IMG/VR virus record: IMGVR_UViG_3300042888_000160
Location: 1 to 64,000 of that record
DNA: 64,000 nt
Strand: one strand, 5' to 3'
Source of the DNA: a virus
Below the pieces are notes generated by a model. That model was not told where the DNA came from. It made no database searches and saw only the letters and a program-made list of their open reading frames with translations. Positions 9,156 to 17,557 of the stretch are shown piece by piece. The first letter of the stretch is position 1, and every line of letters begins with the position of its first letter. The position numbers and the translations under genes are program-made.

Positions 9156-9580
9156 TATTTTATAACTTTAATACCTTTGAGTTTTTTGATGATTTTATTA
9201 GCCTCATCTTCAGCCATTGTTATTATCTCTTCTGATTTTTTCTCAGCATCCCATTTGTATAGGAGAAAAGCCATGTGCATTGTTTCATGCATTATAGCTG
9301 TCTTCTGTTCATCAGCACTATATCTTTTAAATGTGCCCATGTTTAAAAACAGAAAAGGTTTATAAGGAGCTTTGGCTGTTAGCTTCTTATCTGCTGGATC
9401 ATAATTTGTCCATCCATAGATGTATACACCATTACCTACTGTCTTATCAACCTCTTCTGCTTGAGCATCTTTTAGATTTAGCCCATGCATTTCTTTAACC
9501 TTATAGTATTTGAATACATCAGTAGCATCTTTACCAATCAGTAAGATGTACTTGCCCATATCAAATTCTTTAATGTTCAT
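9155..9580 (-). CDS. Putative zincin metallopeptidase
   Basis: IMHETMH (HExxH) followed by a downstream EE. Confidence 0.6.
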   Translation of the reverse strand: MNIKEFDMGKYILLIGKDATDVFKYYKVKEMHGLNLKDAQAEEVDKTVGNGVYIYGWTNYDPADKKLTAKAPYKPFLFLNMGTFKRYSADEQKTAIMHETMHMAFLLYKWDAEKKSEEIITMAEDEANKIIKKLKGIKVIK

Positions 9581-9841
9581 TTATTGTTCTGGATATTCAA
9601 CAACTAGTCCTGATTCAACAGCCCTAGCCATTATACTTTCAATAGCATCAGCTGCATCAGCAGCACGTAATATAACTCTAGCCTCTGGGGTAGAAACAAT
9701 TCCACGTAATGAGTTTAAAAGCATTCCAAATTCGTTACCTGAAAGAATGAATTGGGCATCTTGATGCCAAGTATACTTCTTTGATGGATCGTACATTGGT
9801 ACTTCTGAAGCACCTGTCTCGTCGTCTTTTACTATTTGCAT
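9581..9841 (-). CDS. Hypothetical protein
   Basis: First ORF after the TATATTTG promoter; A-rich leader. Confidence 0.7.
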   Translation of the reverse strand: MQIVKDDETGASEVPMYDPSKKYTWHQDAQFILSGNEFGMLLNSLRGIVSTPEARVILRAADAADAIESIMARAVESGLVVEYPEQ

Positions 9842-9863
9842 TTTATTTTTATTTTGGTTTGAA

Positions 9864-9871
9864 CAAATATA
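9864..9871 (-). promoter_or_regulatory. Bacteroidota-type -7 promoter element TATATTTG
   Basis: Matches TAnnTTTG, 22 nt upstream of ORF 9841. Confidence 0.6.
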
Positions 9872-9872
9872 A

Positions 9873-10157
9873 TTATCCTAAATCAATTTCAAAAGAAATA
9901 ACTGCATTAGTTTTAATGCTCTTACTCATATTTAGTTTGATCTGGAATCTGTTGTGGAACTTAAACAGTTCCTCTATTAACATGTTTGTGTATCTAGGAA
10001 GAGAAGGAGCGATTCTAAATGAATAGTGATCAGGATGTTTTACAACTTCCATACTAGATAATTCATCAACTGAATCTATAATGCCCTCTAGGTGTGCAAA
10101 GTATATTGCATCATTATCAGCCATTATTTTGGGAAAGAATCTCTTCTCTACTTGCAT
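9873..10157 (-). CDS. Hypothetical protein
   Basis: ORF coupled to the upstream gene. Confidence 0.7.
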   Translation of the reverse strand: MQVEKRFFPKIMADNDAIYFAHLEGIIDSVDELSSMEVVKHPDHYSFRIAPSLPRYTNMLIEELFKFHNRFQIKLNMSKSIKTNAVISFEIDLG

Positions 10158-10570
10158 TAAGACAAGGTTAATAGATATTTAGTTTTTGCTGCCTCTCCAG
10201 ATAATGCATCAGCTAAGTTACATACATCATGATAAGCATTCTTTTCACCATACATCTTTAATGATGATGCAAATGACATTATATCTGATACACATTGCTC
10301 AGCTGTACAGTCTGTAAGAGGTTCTATTCTATAAGCTTTAGGTCTTTGACCTGTATAGCCCATAAGCTTCTCTACAACACCATCTTTAAAATCTTGTACA
10401 TATTCATACATCTTTCCAAGAGCTTTGTGCTTTGCGTAACTAGTTGTTTGCCAATGTAACAGATGCAATTGCTCATGAAAGTAAGTAAGCTTAGCAGCGA
10501 TGCTCTCTAATGAGAGCTCGCTACCAGTTGCTTTACTTAACATTTCTTGTGGGAATAATGATTTAGCCAT
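10157..10570 (-). CDS. Ferritin/Dps-like four-helix protein (DUF5856-like)
   Basis: HLLHWQTTSYAKHKALG, D..VE, KYLLTLS. Confidence 0.8.
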   Translation of the reverse strand: MAKSLFPQEMLSKATGSELSLESIAAKLTYFHEQLHLLHWQTTSYAKHKALGKMYEYVQDFKDGVVEKLMGYTGQRPKAYRIEPLTDCTAEQCVSDIMSFASSLKMYGEKNAYHDVCNLADALSGEAAKTKYLLTLS

Positions 10571-10956
10571 TATGGTGCTGGTGTTGTAGTAGTTGTAGTT
10601 GTAGGTTCTACAGTAGTCGTAGTCGTAGTAGTAGGCTCAGCTGTTGTAGTAGTAGTCGTTGTACTAGTAGACGTTGATGTTGAAGTACTTGTACTTGTCG
10701 ATGTACTAGTAGAGGTACTAGTAGATGTTGAAGTAGATGTAGACGTACTTGTTGAAGACGACGTAGTCGTAGTCGTAGGAGTTGCAGTAGTAGTTGTTGT
10801 AGTTGTTGGAACAAAATTACAACATTCTTTTGCGTCTATTTCTTGCCAGTTACCATCTTTAGGCTTAAATCTTTGTAAGATTAAGCTACTAGGTACAATA
10901 CGTCCTGTTCCATCGAAACGAACGTATGCTTTTAATTGATTATTGCTATTTGCCAT
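10570..10956 (-). CDS. Small putative virion protein with mucin-like Thr/Ser/Pro tail (paralog A1)
   Basis: N-domain LKAYVRFDGTGRIV...WQEI...ECCN then about 80 aa of T/S/P repeats. Confidence 0.8.
   Translation of the reverse strand: MANSNNQLKAYVRFDGTGRIVPSSLILQRFKPKDGNWQEIDAKECCNFVPTTTTTTTATPTTTTTSSSTSTSTSTSTSTSTSTSTSTSTSTSTSTSTSTTTTTTTAEPTTTTTTTVEPTTTTTTTPAP
10575..10810 (-). repeat. Degenerate Thr/Ser codon repeat (mucin-like)
   Basis: ACN/TCN/AGT runs with varied synonymous codons. Confidence 0.9.
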
Positions 10957-10958
10957 GA

Positions 10959-11258
10959 TTAAGGAGCTGCTGTAGTTGTAGTAGTGGTTGTAGATGTAGA
11001 CGTAGATGTACTAGTAGTAGTCGAGGTAGACGTACTAGTAGACGTAGTCGTAGAAGTGCTACTAGAAGTAGTCGTTGTTGTTGGACTAGCTGTCGTAGTA
11101 GTCGTAGTTGTAGGAATGTAATTACAGCACTCGTATGCTGGAATTTCTTGCCATCTTCCCACTTTTGGCTTGTTCTTTCTCAGAATAAGGCTGCCTGCAA
11201 CAACCCTTCCACTACCATCGTAGCGAACAAATGCTTTTAAATCTCTCTGAATTGCCAT
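10959..11258 (-). CDS. Small putative virion protein with mucin-like tail (paralog A2)
   Basis: N-domain LKAFVRYDGSGRVV...WQEI...ECCN then T/S repeats. Confidence 0.8.
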   Translation of the reverse strand: MAIQRDLKAFVRYDGSGRVVAGSLILRKNKPKVGRWQEIPAYECCNYIPTTTTTTTASPTTTTTSSSTSTTTSTSTSTSTTTSTSTSTSTTTTTTTAAP

Positions 11259-11263
11259 GTTAT

Positions 11264-12280
11264 TTAATAATTTAATTTATACTTAAATTTAAGTTTCATC
11301 ATTTGCTCAACATAGTAGTGTGTACCTTTCTCTTGTGCTCTTGAATCGTTGAATACTAATTCTAAATGAGGATCAGTGAATGGATCATTACCATTAATAT
11401 ACTCACCCTTGTAAAATGCTGGGTAATCACCCATGTTTTTGTTTACTATCCCTGCGTTGTGCAGGATACCAAGCCTGTGGACCTTGTCAATAGGATCTGA
11501 CGACCAAGAGAATTCCATTTCAGGTAAATTCTTAGTGACCCCACCTCTAAACCAAATAGTCCAGAGGACAGCCCACATGTCAGCACACCAACTTTGAAAG
11601 CCTGCAGATTCATCCTTGAAGTATAGTTTGTTTATGTTTAATAAATAACTACGTATTGTAATGCAATCTCTTAGTACCTTCTCCCAGAATATGGCATCAA
11701 TATTCTTCAACAAATATTGAGCACCTCCTGAGTGTTCGTTATTAGCTTCTGCTACTGCTCTTGATATACCACACTGTGTGGCAATGTCTTCAAGAACATC
11801 TAGCTGCTTATATGCTTCCAATCTTTCTGGAAGCACTTGATGTATCTTACTATCAAAATATGAAGCGTTAATGTAGCTATTGGTGTCTGATAGATAGTTT
11901 ACATCATCATCAATATATGCATCAACATTAAATTTATCTGTAAACAATACGTCAGAGTCACAATAGAAGACAGCTTTGTCTCTCATGTTTGGATTGTCCT
12001 GCCAGTAACGCATCAATACGTATGGTCGCAGAACAGGAATGTATATTCCTAACTTCTGACTAACACCATCTTGATCCTTATAGAAAGCAAACTCTGCTTC
12101 TGGGTAAAGATCTATCACCTGTTGCCACTTCTCATTCTTCTCTCTGAATGATGGGATAAAGATTAAGACAATAGCCTTATCTGAATGTCCAATGTTTCTT
12201 AAGCTTTCTAACCATAGATGTACCTGCCAAGTGTAGTAGGTATCATCTGGTTGAGCACAGATAAACTTTAATTCCTTCAT
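11264..12280 (-). CDS. GT-A glycosyltransferase, possibly peptidyl-Ser/Thr (HPAT/SERGT-like) O-glycosyltransferase
   Basis: FYCDSDVLF (DxD), GGAQYLL, SWCADMWAVLW, ILHNAG. Confidence 0.65.
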   Translation of the reverse strand: MKELKFICAQPDDTYYTWQVHLWLESLRNIGHSDKAIVLIFIPSFREKNEKWQQVIDLYPEAEFAFYKDQDGVSQKLGIYIPVLRPYVLMRYWQDNPNMRDKAVFYCDSDVLFTDKFNVDAYIDDDVNYLSDTNSYINASYFDSKIHQVLPERLEAYKQLDVLEDIATQCGISRAVAEANNEHSGGAQYLLKNIDAIFWEKVLRDCITIRSYLLNINKLYFKDESAGFQSWCADMWAVLWTIWFRGGVTKNLPEMEFSWSSDPIDKVHRLGILHNAGIVNKNMGDYPAFYKGEYINGNDPFTDPHLELVFNDSRAQEKGTHYYVEQMMKLKFKYKLNY

Positions 12281-12304
12281 GTAGTTGTTGGTTTAATTTA
12301 ATTT

Positions 12305-12559
12305 TTAAGGTGCAACAGTAGTCGTAGTTGTTGTTGTTGACGTACTGGTAGATGTTGTAGTTGATGTGCTAGTAGATGTACTGGTTGTTGTACTAGTACT
12401 ACTAGATGTAGTGGTAGTAGTAGGAGCAACAGTAGTTGTTGTAGTAGTAGTCTCACCTCTGTTATACATAATACCTGATAAGGCTTCTAATTGCTTAGAA
12501 ATCTGCCAAAGCAAATTGCTCTTTGTACTCCAACCTATCTGTCTTGATGGTATTGCCAT
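12305..12559 (-). CDS. Small protein with mucin-like Thr/Ser tail (paralog B1)
   Basis: MAIPSRQIGW...NLLWQISKQLE N-domain plus T/S repeats. Confidence 0.8.
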   Translation of the reverse strand: MAIPSRQIGWSTKSNLLWQISKQLEALSGIMYNRGETTTTTTTVAPTTTTTSSSTSTTTSTSTSTSTTTSTSTSTTTTTTTVAP

Positions 12560-12560
12560 G

Positions 12561-13661
12561 TTAGTAAACTTTATTTAATGTAAAGTATTCAGAATAAATT
12601 GAATCAAGAGCATCTGATGCTCCCCATTGAACTGTAATATCTAACGTATTAGTAGAAGTGGTATCAAACGTTGTGTTGTTTATTATAGTAGAATTATATC
12701 CTTCAAATGCATTAGATGCATCTTTAGAATAAGTAAATACCATTCCTGTTGCAATAGATGCCACTCCTGCAGCTCCAATTGTTCTAACTGTAAAGTTCAA
12801 ATCAACAGTATAATGCTTAGTTGTAGTTTGAGGCATAGTAACTACTCCAGTGTCTCCTAAAATAACAGAACCTGATTTAATTTTTATTCTGATTGTGTCA
12901 TTATTTTTAGAAGAAATATGTCCAACTATTCTCCCCAAGAAAGAATCCCCAATACTAAAACCATTAGCAGCTACACTTAATGAACCTACACCAGTACCAA
13001 CAATAGTTGTTTCAGCAGTAGTATTAGTAACAGTAGCACTATCAGCTGTTTGAGCATATAGTCCAAACACTACAGGTAAAGGAGGAGAATAAGAAGTTCC
13101 ACTAGTACCTGCAGTTCCAGCTACACCAGCTGTACCAGAAGTACCTGCAACACCTGATGTTCCTGACGAACCATCAGCTCCTGTAGTACCTGATGTTCCT
13201 GTTATACCTGATGTACCTGATTCACCAGAAGTGCCTGATTCACCTGCAGTTCCAGATGTACCTGAGGCACCTGATGTTCCAGATTCGCCACTAGTCCCAG
13301 ACGTTCCATTAACACCACTAGTACCATTAATACCTGAAGTTCCATCTAACCCTGAAGTACCTGACTCACCAGAAGTTCCAGCAGTACCAGAAATACCACT
13401 AGTACCAGACTCGCCTGATGTACCAGAAATACCATTAGTTCCTGTAGCACCAGAGGTACCAGCTGTACCTGACACACCTGCAGTTCCACTATCACCAGTT
13501 AATCCAGATGTTCCACTAACACCAGAAGTGCCATTAGTACCTGAACCTGATCCCCCACCACTATTATACGTAATGCCTGACAAGTACTCTAATTGCTTAG
13601 AGATTTGCCATAACAGATTTTCCTCTGTTCCCCAACCTATTTGTCTAGATGGTATAGCCAT
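12561..13661 (-). CDS. Fibre-like protein with Gly-Thr-Ser triplet repeats and C-terminal beta domain (paralog B2)
   Basis: Same MAIPSRQIGW N-domain, about 150 aa of G-T-S/G-x-S triplets, then a globular C-terminus. Confidence 0.8.
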   Translation of the reverse strand: MAIPSRQIGWGTEENLLWQISKQLEYLSGITYNSGGGSGSGTNGTSGVSGTSGLTGDSGTAGVSGTAGTSGATGTNGISGTSGESGTSGISGTAGTSGESGTSGLDGTSGINGTSGVNGTSGTSGESGTSGASGTSGTAGESGTSGESGTSGITGTSGTTGADGSSGTSGVAGTSGTAGVAGTAGTSGTSYSPPLPVVFGLYAQTADSATVTNTTAETTIVGTGVGSLSVAANGFSIGDSFLGRIVGHISSKNNDTIRIKIKSGSVILGDTGVVTMPQTTTKHYTVDLNFTVRTIGAAGVASIATGMVFTYSKDASNAFEGYNSTIINNTTFDTTSTNTLDITVQWGASDALDSIYSEYFTLNKVY

Positions 13662-13683
13662 GATAAATTTTTATTAAATATTA

Positions 13684-13691
13684 CAAATATA
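13684..13691 (-). promoter_or_regulatory. -7 promoter element TATATTTG
   Basis: TAnnTTTG, 22 nt upstream of ORF 13661. Confidence 0.6.
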
Positions 13692-13770
13692 TATTAGTTT
13701 AAACAATATATATTATAGTGTTAAAACTTTACGTTAATTGATTTAATTACATCAACTCTAATCAAATTGA

Positions 13771-14109
13771 TTATTTAGGATCTAATACAATAGTAGAATC
13801 AATATAGACTTGCTTACGCTTAAGTTTTAACAAATCTTTTTGATATTCCCACTTAGCATCTAGCTTCAAAACCTTCATGGTCTCGTCTGCTTTCTCTCTC
13901 ACCTTTACAATCTTAGCCTCTATCTTACCAATCTTTACAAATCGTTTGGCAGGATCTTGTTCTGTGATCTTAATCACATCAATCTTGTGCTCTAATGTAC
14001 TAACCCTGTCTTGGTATCTAGTTAATGCTGTAGCTTTTCTAAGCTTCAATGCTGGGTATACAGACAAAGCAAATGCTATACCTGCATAAATTACTAATTT
14101 CTCTAACAT
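13771..14109 (-). CDS. Membrane-anchored coiled-coil protein (lysis cassette)
   Basis: N-terminal hydrophobic helix. Confidence 0.65.
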   Translation of the reverse strand: MLEKLVIYAGIAFALSVYPALKLRKATALTRYQDRVSTLEHKIDVIKITEQDPAKRFVKIGKIEAKIVKVREKADETMKVLKLDAKWEYQKDLLKLKRKQVYIDSTIVLDPK

Positions 14110-14113
14110 ATAT

Positions 14114-14539
14114 TTATGGTTTAAATGACACTGCTAATACACTAACAAGTGCAAACATAAACGAAAGTGTTGATAAGTCAACTGACAACCTAGACCTAGT
14201 TAATGATGTATTTATTAGTGTTAAATTTTTATTTTTTTCTTCTACAATAGAAGTCCTGTTGTTAGATTCAGCAAGCAACGAATAATAGTTGGCCTGCTTA
14301 GCATCTAATTCTTTATTTAATTTTTTTGCTTTATCAAATGAAACTACTAAGCTATCGAACTTAATTTTATCTCCTTTTATGTTTTTAAAAATATTATTTA
14401 TATCGTTAGCTTGCTTCTCTGTAATGATAACCACTGTATCATTACCTATTATTTTCTTTGTTGGATATTGTGCTATCGCTGATTGAGAAAATAACAAAAG
14501 GCTCACCACTAACATTGATAGTTTTTTGTAAGGTTTCAT
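14114..14539 (-). CDS. Exported coiled-coil protein with C-terminal TM helix (spanin-like)
   Basis: Signal peptide ending SAIA, coiled coil, C-terminal hydrophobic segment. Confidence 0.55.
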   Translation of the reverse strand: MKPYKKLSMLVVSLLLFSQSAIAQYPTKKIIGNDTVVIITEKQANDINNIFKNIKGDKIKFDSLVVSFDKAKKLNKELDAKQANYYSLLAESNNRTSIVEEKNKNLTLINTSLTRSRLSVDLSTLSFMFALVSVLAVSFKP

Positions 14540-14798
14540 TTTCTTTAACTAAATCTTTAATTTCTTCCTTTAATGTTTCTATCTTATTGATTGTAACATC
14601 AACTTTCTTCTCTACTGCTTGATCAGCTTTTCTAGATGCAGCGTCAGCTTGTACACTAGTTTTTTGAGATTGGGCCATAATAGCTTCAAAATCTTCTTTT
14701 TGTATATTTCTAGGTTTGTCATTTATTGATGTGTTTGTTTCTGCAATAGTTGTAGAACAACCATATAAGAAAATTGAAAAAATAATTAAGAGTCTCAT
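14442..14798 (-). CDS. Lipoprotein, o-spanin-like
   Basis: MRLLIIFSIFLYGC lipobox, coiled coil, overlaps the next gene. Confidence 0.6.
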   Translation of the reverse strand: MRLLIIFSIFLYGCSTTIAETNTSINDKPRNIQKEDFEAIMAQSQKTSVQADAASRKADQAVEKKVDVTINKIETLKEEIKDLVKENETLQKTINVSGEPFVIFSISDSTISNKENNR

Positions 14799-15079
14799 TT
14801 TATCTTCCCTAATTGTTGTAACACCATTATTTTACTAGCACTTGCTGAAAGTAGACTATCAGATTTACGTAACTGATTTGTACACGCATCCACCTTAACT
14901 TCCATCTTATCAATCTTCTCATTCTGACGAGAGATTTGATCAGTGAATGTATTACGTACATCAATATACAAGTATGATATTCCTATGAGAACAACAAATA
15001 AAGTACCCACTACAGGATTTTTAGAAAAATCTTTAAACGAAATAGGTAAAGGATTTGTGGATATTTTTCTAGCTGTCAT
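14795..15079 (-). CDS. Single-TM coiled-coil protein (holin/spanin accessory)
   Basis: VVGTLFVVLIGISYLYI then coiled coil. Confidence 0.6.
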   Translation of the reverse strand: MTARKISTNPLPISFKDFSKNPVVGTLFVVLIGISYLYIDVRNTFTDQISRQNEKIDKMEVKVDACTNQLRKSDSLLSASASKIMVLQQLGKIK

Positions 15080-15080
15080 T

Positions 15081-15482
15081 TTATCTTCTACGATTTAATC
15101 TATCTTCTATAACTGATATTCTTGCTTTGATATCAGACCTTTCAACCATAGCATTTTCTTTAATGTTATTGATCCTATCATTTATCTCAAACTTTAGCTC
15201 AGCTCTTGATTGCATAGCAGCAGCTCTTAGTTCTTCTAGTTCAATAGTTGTTCCTTGTGGAGGTATGGCTTTGTTCTCAGCGTTGACAACAACAGCCATT
15301 TTATTTTCCAATACACTCACCTTTGAGTCAAGCTCATTGACTTGATTTAACAACCAGCCAATTGCAGATACACAGACAGGGAATAAGATATACACTAGCT
15401 TTTCAACTAAGTCTGACTTACCTCTATCTATTGCAATTATCTTTTCTAGCTCTGCTGTTTTCTCTTCTTGAGTATGCATCAC
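15081..15482 (-). CDS. Single-TM coiled-coil protein
   Basis: LVYILFPVCVSAIGWLL then coiled coil. Confidence 0.6.
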   Translation of the reverse strand: MMHTQEEKTAELEKIIAIDRGKSDLVEKLVYILFPVCVSAIGWLLNQVNELDSKVSVLENKMAVVVNAENKAIPPQGTTIELEELRAAAMQSRAELKFEINDRINNIKENAMVERSDIKARISVIEDRLNRRR

Positions 15483-15581
15483 TTACGATGTAAAATGTTT
15501 GTATATATATAGTAGCTGGACCATTAAAGATGCTGCAACTATTGTAGACACGATCCACAAAGTTATCTTAACTGTTTTCAT
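15483..15581 (-). CDS. 32-aa single-TM peptide, not in ORF track
   Basis: MKTVKITLWIVSTIVAASLMVQLLYIYKHFTS*; stop abuts next start. Confidence 0.5.
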   Translation of the reverse strand: MKTVKITLWIVSTIVAASLMVQLLYIYKHFTS

Positions 15582-15592
15582 TAGTTGGTTAT

Positions 15593-15724
15593 TTATCTAC
15601 CCTGACCCCTGTATTTCTTTTTACCAGGAGTAGCCTTAGGGCCAAATGTTTTCTGATGTTTGCCTTTGCGTCTTACGCCAAAGACTATCTTCTTTGATTC
15701 AGAAGATCCTTTTGCTTTTGCCAT
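15593..15724 (-). CDS. 43-aa basic peptide ending KKYRGQGR, not in ORF track
   Basis: MAKAKGSSESKKIVFGVRRKGKHQKTFGPKATPGKKKYRGQGR*; coupled to endolysin stop. Confidence 0.75.
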   Translation of the reverse strand: MAKAKGSSESKKIVFGVRRKGKHQKTFGPKATPGKKKYRGQGR

Positions 15725-16551
15725 TATTTAAGAAGGTTATAGTATTCGTTGAAATGTTTAATACGATCTGGCAAACCAATAGTCCCACCATTAACTCTTT
15801 TAGTTACTGCTGTTACTACTAGTGGTGTAGCACCTTGATCACAGATAGCCCACAGCTTATTACTGTTAAAGAAGAAAGCTGCTGATGCTAAAGGATACTT
15901 AGTTGCTACTAGTTCTGGATCAGCTACAATGTTCTCAGGAACAGTAGCATCAAATCTTGTATAGTTCTCTTTACCTGTTAACTGAATATATCCTCTTCCT
16001 CTAAATTTATATCCATCTCCAGATCCTTCAGTCCCATTACCCATGCGATTAGCATAAACTCTGTTTGCAATTTTCTCAGGTTGTCTTTGATAAGCTGTAG
16101 CAAGTGTTGCATTTGGAAAGTACTTTTTAAATATGCCCCTCAATCCTTTAGCAGAATAGTTAAGGTTCTCCCTAACTGCTGTCCACCCTCCAGACTCATG
16201 GCCACACTGTGATAAGAAGTGAGCAAGACGTAAGTTGTTTGTAATACCAAAACGTGCAGCTGTATCAGGTATCTGTGCAATCACTGCATCAGGTATATGT
16301 CCTTTTAATTTATCTAGTTTGAATCCTGAATTAGGAATAGAGATGGGTGCAGGAGCTGGAAGAGCTTCAATACCAAGCTTAGCTAATGTAAATGGACCAG
16401 CTACACCATCAGCTGTCAGACCATTAGCTTCTTGCCATTCCATTAAAGCTGCCTCAGTCTTAGGTCCAAACTTACCAATAACATCTACACCAAGCTTCTC
16501 TTGAAGTTTAGATACTAATGGACCTTCATCTCCTCTACGTAATGTTGACAT
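15724..16551 (-). CDS. Modular endolysin: peptidoglycan-binding domain + GH19 catalytic domain
   Basis: LQEKL...FGPKTEAAL..WQ...GLTADGVAG; HFLSQCGHESGG, FRGRGYIQLTG, TKRVNGG. Confidence 0.92.
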   Translation of the reverse strand: MSTLRRGDEGPLVSKLQEKLGVDVIGKFGPKTEAALMEWQEANGLTADGVAGPFTLAKLGIEALPAPAPISIPNSGFKLDKLKGHIPDAVIAQIPDTAARFGITNNLRLAHFLSQCGHESGGWTAVRENLNYSAKGLRGIFKKYFPNATLATAYQRQPEKIANRVYANRMGNGTEGSGDGYKFRGRGYIQLTGKENYTRFDATVPENIVADPELVATKYPLASAAFFFNSNKLWAICDQGATPLVVTAVTKRVNGGTIGLPDRIKHFNEYYNLLK

Positions 16552-16655
16552 TATTTCTTTTTTCTAACAGGTTTCTTTTTAACAGCTTCTGCCTTACCTT
16601 CTAATGCAGGCTCAGGCTTCCAAATTAATGAACGTAAAAAGTTTAAGAACTTCAT
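16551..16655 (-). CDS. 34-aa peptide with amphipathic N-terminus and basic tail, not in ORF track
   Basis: MKFLNFLRSLIWKPEPALEGKAEAVKKKPVRKKK*; TAATG coupled to endolysin. Confidence 0.6.
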   Translation of the reverse strand: MKFLNFLRSLIWKPEPALEGKAEAVKKKPVRKKK

Positions 16656-16656
16656 A

Positions 16657-17265
16657 TTATTTCAATTTAAAGTATGTAGAAAAACCAAATGTAGTTATAC
16701 CATCTACTGTTGTAGCTGCTTTAACTCCATAGAGTTGATCTTTTTTAGTTTTATATAATAATCCTGCCTCAAAACTTCTGAGACCACCCCCAGCATTCCC
16801 ATTAATACCACCACCAAGATAGAGTTGTCGCTTAGGCTCTGCATATTTTGTTATCGTTACTGTCTCTTTTACTACAGGGATTTTAAAATTATCTTTAGTG
16901 GTGCGCTTACTAAGTTTGTTCTTTGACACTGTATCTATTATCTGTATGTGTCCAAACTTTCCTACGTTAACTGAGTCTACATACACACGCTTAGCAGCGT
17001 AATCTTTAGCTAACTCTTCGTATTGTTTCTTTAGTTTTGGATAGGATGTGTCAGCTTGGTATTCCTTAACTAACACTTCGTATGGTACAGCTATCTCTTT
17101 AGTTATCTTTACTCTCTTTACAATCAAACTGTCATGCTTTAACCAAGTGGTATCTCTTACGACTAATGTATCTGGACCCTTACTGTGTGTGGATCCTCTC
17201 CATTGGTATAGGGCTAGTGTTGCAAGAGCACCTATTATAATTAAAAATATTAGTTTATCCTTCAT
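16657..17265 (-). CDS. Membrane-anchored protein with C-terminal amphipathic beta strands (Bacteroidota unimolecular-spanin-like)
   Basis: N-terminal TM, DT-rich stalk, C-terminal LYLGGG...FGFSTYFKLK. Confidence 0.55.
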   Translation of the reverse strand: MKDKLIFLIIIGALATLALYQWRGSTHSKGPDTLVVRDTTWLKHDSLIVKRVKITKEIAVPYEVLVKEYQADTSYPKLKKQYEELAKDYAAKRVYVDSVNVGKFGHIQIIDTVSKNKLSKRTTKDNFKIPVVKETVTITKYAEPKRQLYLGGGINGNAGGGLRSFEAGLLYKTKKDQLYGVKAATTVDGITTFGFSTYFKLK

Positions 17266-17557
17266 AGTCTTCTGGGAAATATTGTTCTTCTGGTTCTTGT
17301 TTCTTACTCTTCTTGCCCATGATGTTCTCTACACCAGAAATACCAAAACATCCAAGGGTTGTAATCACAAATGAATTAAATACGTAATCATTTAATAATA
17401 ACTCTTTGCCAAAGAAACCTGTAAATAAATCTATGGCAACAACTATCACCATAATGAAAAATGAGATAGCCCCAATAATGGCTTTCTCATTCCAGTCGTT
17501 AGTATCTTTGAATATAGTCCAAATAGAATCTTTGGGTTCTTCAATTATGTGTTTCAT
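17255..17557 (-). CDS. Holin-like two-TM protein
   Basis: Two hydrophobic segments, charged C-terminus. Confidence 0.65.
   Translation of the reverse strand: MKHIIEEPKDSIWTIFKDTNDWNEKAIIGAISFFIMVIVVAIDLFTGFFGKELLLNDYVFNSFVITTLGCFGISGVENIMGKKSKKQEPEEQYFPEDYEG

Noticed and set aside
10575-13545. CRISPR array or DGR repeats in the repeat-rich region
   Set aside because: Repeats are codon-periodic within ORFs with no fixed repeat-spacer structure; no cas or reverse transcriptase gene and no adenine-specific TR/VR pair seen.
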